DNA from: Gemmatimonadaceae bacterium
GTDB taxonomy: Bacteria > Gemmatimonadota > Gemmatimonadetes > Gemmatimonadales > Gemmatimonadaceae
DNA: 64,000 nucleotides
Direction: 5' to 3'
Assembly (NCBI GenBank): GCA_051859245.1
Contig: JBHYGA010000001.1
Coordinates: forward strand, 256,001 to 320,000
The notes under the pieces were generated by a model. It saw only the letters and a list, made by a program, of their open reading frames with translations, did not search any database and was not told the origin of the DNA. Of the stretch, positions 56,805 to 64,000 are shown piece by piece (within the stretch, counting starts at the first letter, position 1; every line of letters begins with the position of its first letter). Both the position numbers and the translations under genes were made by a program.

Positions 56805-59800
56805 TGCTCACGGAAATCATGCGATACGAGCTGGCGTATCGCTTACGAAGTCCGGCTACCTGGCTGTTCGCCGGTTTTCTCGTATTGATCTCCATCGTGA
56901 TGTTTCTGGCGACCGCCGATGGCGGCGTTGCCACGTTTGCGAACGCGCCGGAGCGAATCGCAGGTGGCGCGTCGGCGGTTGGTACAGTGGCCATGCTCGT
57001 CAGCGCCGCGCTCTTTGGTGACGCCGCAGTGCGGGATGTCGCCGCCGAGATGGACTCGTTGCTGTACACCACCCCGATCAGCAAGCGCGCGTATCTTGGC
57101 GGCCGATTTCTGGCCTCGTGGATCGTGAATGCACTACTGCTGTTGGCCATCCCCATCGGATTTTTGATCGCCACACAGCTTGTCACGTCGATGCAATCGG
57201 TCGGCGTCGGCCCCTTCCGATTCGCGGCATACGCACAAAGCTACGCGCTCATGCTGCTACCGAACCTCACGCTGTCTGGTGTGCTGCTGTTCGCGGTTGG
57301 TGTGAAGTCGCGCAGCATCGTGCCTGTGTATTTATGCGCGATCGGGCTGTTTATCGGTTTCCTCGTTGTCATGAATGGCGTGGCGTCATTCGAACATCCG
57401 CTCGCCAGGCTGTTGGGTGATCCGCTTGGTATCAACACCTTGCAATCCGTCACGCAGTACTGGCCGCCCGCTGAGCGGAACGTACGGTCGATCGGTATTC
57501 CATTGCCGTTACTGGTGAACCGAGCGGTATGGTTGACGATTGCGGCCGCGGTGTTTTCCGTGTTGGCGTGGCGCTTCAGGTTCGCGCACGCCGGTGTCAG
57601 TGGATCGCGTCGACGAATCGTACGTGACGACGCGGAAAGTGTGAGCCTTGTGTACCGTCCGGTGAAGACCCCCCGCATAGCGGGAACGTTTCAGCGCCGT
57701 TCGAGCGTGCAGCAGACACTTGCCGTTGCCAGACGATCACTGCAAGACCTCACGTCGGGCCGGTGGTTTCCGGTTGTCGTAGTGGCCTGTATTGCCCTCA
57801 CACTGCTCATGGGATGGAATGTCAGTGAGACGGTGTTCGACACGTCCACCTGGCCAATCACGATGCTGGTGGCCGAGACGGTCCTCGCGCAGCGAGTCGC
57901 GATCGTGATCTATGCATTGATTGTGCTGTTCGCGGGTGAACTGGTCTGGAGCGACCGTGAGTGGCAGGTGCACGAAATCGCTGACGCCGCGCCAATCGCG
58001 GACGGCGCGGTGTTGGCCGGCCGCCTCATGGCGCTGCTCGCCATGACATTGGTGCTGCAAACGGCCATGCTGATTGGCGGATTGTTGATTCAGGCACTGC
58101 AGGGCTACTACACATTTGAACCGCTGTTGTACGTCAGGATCGTATACGGCCTCCAGTTTGTGGACTACGCGCTGTTCGCGGTGCTGGCCATGTTGTGTCA
58201 CGTGCTGGTGAACCACAAATATGTGGGTCATCTCGCACTGCTACTCGCTGTCATCAGCGCTCTGTTCCTGCGCACGTTCGGTGTACTCGATCATCATCTG
58301 CTACTGTACAACACCGATCCGGGTTGGACATACTCGGACATGAACGGATTTGGTCCGTTCATTGAACCGGTGGTGTGGTTCAAGATGTATTGGGCGGCGT
58401 GGGCGTTCGTATTGGCAATCGTTGCGGCACTCTTCTGGGTGCGAGGTCGCGAGCCTGGCCTCAAACATCGATTGATCCGAGCACGATTGCGGGCAACAGC
58501 AGCGGTTGCACGGTGGGCAACTATTGCGCTTGTGTGCGTGCTGTGTCTCGGCGGGTTTGTGTTCTACAACACGAACGTGCTCAATACATACGAGTCACCC
58601 TCGACCGCCGGCCTGCAACAGGCGGAGTATGAACGGCAGTACAAACAGTATGAAGCAACACCGCAGCCTTCAATTGTCAGCGCCGATCTTCGTGTGGAAC
58701 TCCATCCGGCGCAGTCTGCCATGGAAACACGCGGAACGTACACACTGCGCAACCGTGAACGGGCGTCGATCGATTCCATTCACATCGTGCTGGCAGATCC
58801 GCTGGTACAACTTCGCTCCGTCACGTTTGATCGCGCGTCGTCGCGCGTTGTGACCGATCTGACTTCGGGCTACCACATTTTCGCACTGCGGCAGGCGCTT
58901 GCGCCCGGTGATTCGCTGCAGCTGACGTTTGAGATCAGCTATAGACCTCGTGGTTTCCCGAATAGCGATCTGCAGACCGCGATCGTAGCCAACGGTTCAC
59001 ACTTCAACCGTCGACTGCTGCCGATAATCGGTTACCAGCGCACGCTCGAAGTGGAAAGTGCAGATGCACGCGAACGGTTGGGTCTCCCGGTGCGATCAGC
59101 AACCGCGATGAGCCGCGACAGCGGTGTGCTGGCGTCTCGTTGGGCGTTGCGAGATGCAGACCTGGTGCATGTACGCACCGTCATCGGTACTGACATCGAT
59201 CAGGTGGCCGTGACGCCAGGTGTTCTGCGGCGAACATGGACAGAAAACGGCCGACGGTACTTTCACTACGAGACAGATCAGCCGACAGCGTTCGGTGCGA
59301 CGATTTTTTCGGCGAGATACGATGTGGCTGAGGATGCGTGGAATGGAGTGCCGCTGCGCGTTTATCATCATCCCGGGCATCGCGAGAACGTTGAAGGTAC
59401 CCTGCGCAGCATGAAGGCGTCGCTGGCGTACTACACGGCGCAGTTTGGTCCGTATCCTGACAATCAGCTACGCGTGGTGGAGTTTCCGCGCTACGGTGGG
59501 TTTGGCTCGGCACATCCGCACACGATTGCGTTTTCCGAGGCGTACTTCTTCAGTCGCGTGAAATCGGGTGAAGTAGATCAGCCGTTCTATGGAACGGCGC
59601 ATGAGATTGCCCACACATGGTGGGGAGGAATGATTCGTGGCGCGCCGGTAAAAGGTCATGGGCTGCTGACGGAGTCACTGGCCAACTATAGCGCGATGAT
59701 GGTAACGGAAAAGACATTCGGCGTTGCCGCCGCGCGGCGCGTCTTCGCTTTTCAGCTTGAGCGCTACCTGCTCGGTCGAGCCAGCCAGTCACTTGAGGTT

Positions 59801-60385
59801 CCTTTGCTTGATGTGCAGGACCAACCGTATCTTACGTATCGTAAAGGTGCGCTCGCGCTGTACATCCTGCGGGAGCGACTGGGCGAGGAAACGGTCAACG
59901 GAGCCCTTCGCCGGTACGTCGAGAAGTTCGGGCACGGCATGCCACCGTATCCCACGTCGCGTGATCTGTACACCGAACTGCAGACTGTCACGCCAGACTC
60001 GCTCCGACCATTGCTCGCCGATCTCTTCGAACGCGTGACGCTGTGGGATGTACGGGCGGGCGAAGCGCGCGCGGAACGAACGCGCAACGGTGAATACTCG
60101 GTGTCCATTGATGTGCAGGCGCGCAAACTAACTGCGGATAGTATCGGCCGAGAGCGCGACGTACCCATGGACGAGTTCGTCGAGATCGGCGTTTTTGCGG
60201 CCGGAGACGGCGACGGCCTCGGAATACCACTCTACGTAGGCAGGCACCCCATCCGGAGCGGCGCGCAGACCATCCGAGTCACCGTACCGAGCGAGCCGGC
60301 GCGCGCGGGCATTGATCCCTATCGACGTCTGATTGATCGTGATGGCGCTGATAATGTCGTGACGGTGAAGCGTGATTTACCGTAA
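56801..60385 (+). CDS. ABC-2 type permease fused to M1 family aminopeptidase
   Basis: Two hydrophobic permease halves then a soluble domain with AHEIAHTWW..LTESLA..YRKG. Confidence 0.9.
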   Translation: MMLTEIMRYELAYRLRSPATWLFAGFLVLISIVMFLATADGGVATFANAPERIAGGASAVGTVAMLVSAALFGDAAVRDVAAEMDSLLYTTPISKRAYLGGRFLASWIVNALLLLAIPIGFLIATQLVTSMQSVGVGPFRFAAYAQSYALMLLPNLTLSGVLLFAVGVKSRSIVPVYLCAIGLFIGFLVVMNGVASFEHPLARLLGDPLGINTLQSVTQYWPPAERNVRSIGIPLPLLVNRAVWLTIAAAVFSVLAWRFRFAHAGVSGSRRRIVRDDAESVSLVYRPVKTPRIAGTFQRRSSVQQTLAVARRSLQDLTSGRWFPVVVVACIALTLLMGWNVSETVFDTSTWPITMLVAETVLAQRVAIVIYALIVLFAGELVWSDREWQVHEIADAAPIADGAVLAGRLMALLAMTLVLQTAMLIGGLLIQALQGYYTFEPLLYVRIVYGLQFVDYALFAVLAMLCHVLVNHKYVGHLALLLAVISALFLRTFGVLDHHLLLYNTDPGWTYSDMNGFGPFIEPVVWFKMYWAAWAFVLAIVAALFWVRGREPGLKHRLIRARLRATAAVARWATIALVCVLCLGGFVFYNTNVLNTYESPSTAGLQQAEYERQYKQYEATPQPSIVSADLRVELHPAQSAMETRGTYTLRNRERASIDSIHIVLADPLVQLRSVTFDRASSRVVTDLTSGYHIFALRQALAPGDSLQLTFEISYRPRGFPNSDLQTAIVANGSHFNRRLLPIIGYQRTLEVESADARERLGLPVRSATAMSRDSGVLASRWALRDADLVHVRTVIGTDIDQVAVTPGVLRRTWTENGRRYFHYETDQPTAFGATIFSARYDVAEDAWNGVPLRVYHHPGHRENVEGTLRSMKASLAYYTAQFGPYPDNQLRVVEFPRYGGFGSAHPHTIAFSEAYFFSRVKSGEVDQPFYGTAHEIAHTWWGGMIRGAPVKGHGLLTESLANYSAMMVTEKTFGVAAARRVFAFQLERYLLGRASQSLEVPLLDVQDQPYLTYRKGALALYILRERLGEETVNGALRRYVEKFGHGMPPYPTSRDLYTELQTVTPDSLRPLLADLFERVTLWDVRAGEARAERTRNGEYSVSIDVQARKLTADSIGRERDVPMDEFVEIGVFAAGDGDGLGIPLYVGRHPIRSGAQTIRVTVPSEPARAGIDPYRRLIDRDGADNVVTVKRDLP

Positions 60386-60432
60386 TCGGCGATTGGGGCA
60401 TCGCCCCCGTCACGATATTCGCCGTCGTCGCG

Positions 60433-60900
60433 TTAGTCTGTGCGGTCACGCTGTTGCACACGGGCCTTACCCGAAGTGCTCGCCACTCTTGAGGGATGGC
60501 GCGTCAGTGATTTGATGAACTCGGCGCGACGAAAGCGGAGTGCCGACCAATCTTCGTCAATCGCGACCTGTCGGACTCCTTCAAATCCGGCCGCGCCAAT
60601 AGCGGCCCAGCCGGTGTCGCGGTTGAACTCGCATCTGTAGCGTTTGGATGTGCCTTTCGGATACGCCAACCAGATCACGGGATCACCCGCAATGTTCGGC
60701 AGCCGTTTTGCGATCGCGTCAACTTCAGCGAGCGTTCGCACAAATCCGATGACGAAAGCGATGTGCGCGTGTGTGGCCGGGTCGCGATGCACAGTCACAC
60801 CCGTAAGGAGCTGCAGCTCCGCCTCGAAACTCTGCGGTGCGTTGAGCACAACAATATCGCGATAAGTGCCGAGGTTCAGTTTGGTGAACAGTGGTGTCAT
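60433..60900 (-). CDS. Conserved hypothetical protein (DUF3052-like)
   Basis: LFTKLNL, WLAYPKGTSK, NRDTGW, VRQVAIDEDWSALRFR. Confidence 0.75.
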   Translation of the reverse strand: MTPLFTKLNLGTYRDIVVLNAPQSFEAELQLLTGVTVHRDPATHAHIAFVIGFVRTLAEVDAIAKRLPNIAGDPVIWLAYPKGTSKRYRCEFNRDTGWAAIGAAGFEGVRQVAIDEDWSALRFRRAEFIKSLTRHPSRVASTSGKARVQQRDRTD

Positions 60901-61208
60901 TAAAAGAATCGGCCAGGGTCGCCAGGCAGTAATGATCGAGCGGAAGACCGTATAATGTCGCGCGCGCGCTCCGCCCACACAAATGTGGCCCCGGCGACAC
61001 CAAGAAGTGCGGACGCGAGCATCAGCACCTTGGCGTAGCCCCAATGCACATCCGCAAGCTCGACCACAAATGGTGCCGCTGCGCGTCCAACCAACGAGAT
61101 CGTGGCGACAAAACCCGAGGCGACGCTGAAAAGTGTGGCGCCGAACCACTTGACGACAATGTCAACACGATCAAGCGTCATCGCAATCACTGCACCGGGC
61201 GCGGCCAC
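60900..61208 (-). pseudogene. Possible C-terminal remnant of an MFS transporter
   Basis: Only about two TM helices: WFGA..SGFVATISLVGRAAAPF..WGYAKVL; no clear RBS. Confidence 0.4.
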
Positions 61209-61406
61209 TCAGTGTTCCGCCACGGCGTTGCAGCCACAACCGCTGCCGCCGCTTGCTTTGACATCGGCGTCGAGCGCGCAACACCCGTCAGTGCCACTCG
61301 GCGCGGCACCACCGCAGCAGCCACTGGCCGCCGGTTCGCTCGCGCGCCGTGGAAGTACCGTCACGATCAGCGCCGACGTCTCAAGATTTTGTATCACAAT
61401 CGCCAT
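61209..61406 (-). CDS. Small Cys-rich protein (CC..CC..CGC)
   Basis: 65 aa, GCCGG..GCCALD..GCGC; GGAG RBS; directly downstream of the SigZ-like sigma. Confidence 0.75.
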   Translation of the reverse strand: MAIVIQNLETSALIVTVLPRRASEPAASGCCGGAAPSGTDGCCALDADVKASGGSGCGCNAVAEH

Positions 61407-61442
61407 GTCTGTCTCCAGTTCGTGCGACAGACCATTCTGTCG

Positions 61443-62084
61443 CTACTCCTGAAGACGTCGCTCGCGCGAAATAGACGCAGGGGTGGGGCCGCACACCGAA
61501 CGGTCGCGAACCGCGTAGTCAATCACGCCGCCGCGCACATCGCGCTCGACCTCACAGCAGCGCAGCATCTGCGTTCGCATCTGGTCACGCGCACGTTGCA
61601 CGCGTGATTTCATTCCAGAGAGGGAAATGCCTTCGCGCGCCGCCGCTTCCTGCTGCGTGAGTCCACGCACGGTGGTGAGTTCAAGCGCCGAGCGGTATGG
61701 CTCGTCCAACTGCTTGACGAACGGCGCAAGACACGACGTCAGCTCCATCATCTTTGACGCGTCATCGGCGCCAATATCTTCCAGCGTGTCCAGGTCGGTG
61801 GAGTCGGTGCGCGCGTCACGTCGCTGATGTGCGCGCAGTGCATCGGCAACTGCGGAGCGCGCTGTTCGAAACACCCACGCGTCAAGCCGCTCGACTTCCG
61901 CGAGCGACGGCAGGTTGCGCAGGATTCTGACAAAGATGTCCTGGACTATGTCGTCGGCGTCAATCGACTCCGGAACACGCCGACGCACAAACGAGCGCAA
62001 CGGCGCCGAAAACTCGGCCCACACCGCGGAGATCTCGTTTACTGACGCTTCAGTGGTGCTCGCCGCATCGCGTGGTGTTGCCAT
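61443..62084 (-). CDS. sigZ: ECF sigma factor, SigZ-like, with Cys-containing C-terminal extension
   Basis: ADDIVQDIF, AWVFRTAR, CLAPFV..LDEPYR, SLSGMKSRVQRAR, LRCCEVERDVRG. Confidence 0.85.
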   Translation of the reverse strand: MATPRDAASTTEASVNEISAVWAEFSAPLRSFVRRRVPESIDADDIVQDIFVRILRNLPSLAEVERLDAWVFRTARSAVADALRAHQRRDARTDSTDLDTLEDIGADDASKMMELTSCLAPFVKQLDEPYRSALELTTVRGLTQQEAAAREGISLSGMKSRVQRARDQMRTQMLRCCEVERDVRGGVIDYAVRDRSVCGPTPASISRERRLQE

Positions 62085-62129
62085 GGCTCCTGGTCTCCCT
62101 GTTCGAACCGTTCGTCCTCGCTGACTGGT

Positions 62130-62156
62130 AAGACGTTGCCGCGCTCAAAAGGACGC
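62130..62156 (-). promoter_or_regulatory. Putative ECF (autoregulatory) promoter
   Basis: Minus strand GCGTCC-N15-CGTCTT, about 45 bp upstream of the sigma start. Confidence 0.45.
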
Positions 62157-62192
62157 AAAGCGGGTGTGAAGCGCCTCGAACCTGCGATGCAG

Positions 62193-62939
62193 CTACTCGT
62201 TGTCCCCGTCAGACGAGTCGTCGAAGAGATACCGGAAGTACCGCGCCGGATCGTTCAGGAAGGCACGCGAGAGTTGAAAGTGCTCGGTGTCTTCGTATGC
62301 AACAGGGACGATCTCGCCGTCTTCAAAGCTGAGCACCTGGGCACCCGGCAGGCAGATCAGCATGGGGGAGTGCGTCGCCACGATAAACTGCGCGACGCGC
62401 TGCGACGCGAGCGAATGCATGATCCGCATGAAAGCGAGCTGACGCTGCGGTGAGAGCGCCGCCTCTGGCTCGTCCAGCAAATACAACCCGTCTTCGAACC
62501 GATGCTCAAAGAGCGCCAGAAATGCTTCGCCGTGTGAACGTTCGTGAAGCGAGCGCCCGCCGTAGCGACGAAACTCGGTGTCTGTTTCTTCGAGTTGCGT
62601 TGAAAACTGGTGAAACGTTTCGGCGCGCAGAAAAAAGCCGTCGGTCGAACGCTGTCGCCACGCGAGTGAGAGGGCACGACCAAGTGCGTGCCCCTCGGTG
62701 CTCTCGGTAAACTGGTGATCGCGGCTGCCGCCGTGCATGCCAAAGCCGGTGCTCCACGCGAGTGCCTCGAGTAGCGTGGACTTGCCCGATCCGTTTTCGC
62801 CAACGAGAAACGTGACCGGCGTTTTGAACTCGAGCGATAGCCCGTTGGCGACGATCGGCAGTGAGAATGGATGTACGCCCGGTTGCACGCGATCTTCACG
62901 CAGTGACACGCGCGTGAGAAACGGACTGCCGGCAAGCAA
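62193..62939 (-). CDS. ABC-type/AAA ATPase (COG3910-like)
   Basis: GENGSGKST, FFLRAETF, SHGEAF, LLDEPEAALSP, ATHSP. Confidence 0.88.
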   Translation of the reverse strand: MLAGSPFLTRVSLREDRVQPGVHPFSLPIVANGLSLEFKTPVTFLVGENGSGKSTLLEALAWSTGFGMHGGSRDHQFTESTEGHALGRALSLAWRQRSTDGFFLRAETFHQFSTQLEETDTEFRRYGGRSLHERSHGEAFLALFEHRFEDGLYLLDEPEAALSPQRQLAFMRIMHSLASQRVAQFIVATHSPMLICLPGAQVLSFEDGEIVPVAYEDTEHFQLSRAFLNDPARYFRYLFDDSSDGDNE

Positions 62940-62953
62940 TCGGGCGCCCAGCG

Positions 62954-63502
62954 CTATTGTTGCGGTGGCAACACCGTAAAGGTGTTGGACACACGCTCGC
63001 TTTCCGGGAGCAGATCAACCGCCGACCATCCACCGCTCCGGTCTGTGGACTGCACCTCAAAGACGAGGCGGAACGCACCGGTGCGGGTTTCCATGCCGAT
63101 TGGCGGACTCGCATTGGGCGATTCGCTGCTGTACAGCGTGAGTTCTCGACTGAACGTCTCGCCGGGACCAACGGCAATGGGCGCACGCTGCGGCGCGCTG
63201 ATACAGACCGACCCGCCGAGCCACACGCTTTCCTCACGATCATCCGCCCGCATCAGGTACGCCGACGGATCCTCGCCGTACCCGCACGCGCGATGCAGAT
63301 AGACAGTCGAAGCAGACTTGTTCGCATACTGTGCAAGCACCTTGATGGAATACATCCCGGGCTGGTGATCCAGCGTGTACACACTGCGATCCGTCTGCCA
63401 TGGCGAGTTCGCCGAGTCGGGTAGCAGGTCAACCGGCGCCGCCGGATCCGCTGCGCAACCCGCCAGTGCGAACGCTGCCACCACCATTCCGATGTACCGC
63501 AT
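62954..63502 (-). CDS. Hypothetical lipoprotein
   Basis: MRYIGMVVAAFALAGC lipobox; GGAGG RBS. Confidence 0.7.
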   Translation of the reverse strand: MRYIGMVVAAFALAGCAADPAAPVDLLPDSANSPWQTDRSVYTLDHQPGMYSIKVLAQYANKSASTVYLHRACGYGEDPSAYLMRADDREESVWLGGSVCISAPQRAPIAVGPGETFSRELTLYSSESPNASPPIGMETRTGAFRLVFEVQSTDRSGGWSAVDLLPESERVSNTFTVLPPQQ

Positions 63503-63528
63503 GTGTCCTCCCGAACGCAAAATCATGT

Positions 63529-63978
63529 TTATCGATTGCCGTTGTCCATATCGGACGCGATCAGCCACCGTCCACTCGGCGCGCGACGCAACGTGAGCGT
63601 GAACTTGCCCATGTCAGCCGTCTCGTTCCCGTAGCGGTACCCACCTATGATATACGCTACTGTATCGGCCGCGCCGAACGCCAGTGCGCGCAGCGTGAGC
63701 GGACCTCCGCCTTGCCCGCGATACACATTCGTCATGGCATCCGTTCCGCGCGCCGGTGGACGACCCGGCTGCATGACGAACCCATCCGGAGTGAACAGCG
63801 CGACCAACGCGTCAACATCTTTCGCTCGCCATGCGCGTTCGTAGTCTCGGAGCACGCGATCAAGCGCGGCGGGTAAACGCACGCTTGGCAGCGAGTCCGC
63901 AGGTGTGGCTGATCCCTGTGCTGATACGGGCCGCGCCAGCACCACGTAGAGCATCGTAAGCACAGCAAATCGAAGCAT
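63529..63978 (-). CDS. Secreted NTF2-like (DUF4440/YybH) protein
   Basis: YERAWRAKDVDALVALFTPDG, GKFTLTLRR..GRWLIASDMD. Confidence 0.85.
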   Translation of the reverse strand: MLRFAVLTMLYVVLARPVSAQGSATPADSLPSVRLPAALDRVLRDYERAWRAKDVDALVALFTPDGFVMQPGRPPARGTDAMTNVYRGQGGGPLTLRALAFGAADTVAYIIGGYRYGNETADMGKFTLTLRRAPSGRWLIASDMDNGNR

Positions 63979-64000
63979 TGGACAGGCCGTGGCGAGGGGT

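Noticed and set aside
62193..62939. ATPase as an anti-phage defence component
   Set aside because: No partner nuclease or TOPRIM gene adjacent; matches a common stand-alone ABC-type ATPase family
1..64000. tRNA, rRNA, CRISPR arrays, prophage, intact IS
   Set aside because: No cloverleaf/T-loop context, repeat-spacer arrays, phage genes or DDE/tyrosine recombinase motifs recognised by eye

Overview
GC-rich bacterial chromosomal window (about 60-65% GC by eye). The gene repertoire (PEP-CTERM proteins, carboxypeptidase-regulatory-domain proteins, many lipoproteins, DUF1801/DinB) is suggestive of Gemmatimonadota, which is an inference. About 67 CDSs are present; I recognised no rRNA, tRNA, CRISPR array or intact mobile element. 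Left end: a cupredoxin-copA copper-efflux operon with a CsoR-type operator, then glnS. From 7.4 to 28 kb lies a block that looks like a stress, osmotic and cold adaptation module: csbD, two related degenerate (pseudo) histidine kinases, three response regulators, DUF4397, two DUF1990 genes, a 2735-aa cyclic beta-1,2-glucan synthase, a PEP-CTERM-tagged ice-binding-family protein, and an operon LuxR-RR / small helical protein / double-domain KaiC-like ATPase / PAS kinase with no kaiA or kaiB. That KaiC-centred phosphorelay is the best candidate for an undescribed system. The rest is accessory: a RecQ lacking the winged helix, a pseudo-metallophosphoesterase, a two-component system with an exported DJ-1/PfpI protein, a KirBac-type channel with an aberrant selectivity filter (TTNGTS), an erythromycin-esterase-family protein, a subclass B3 metallo-beta-lactamase, many small detox-type genes, an ABC permease-M1 peptidase fusion, and a SigZ-like ECF sigma followed by a Cys-rich mini-protein. 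All family calls come from motif recognition by eye; no searches were run.
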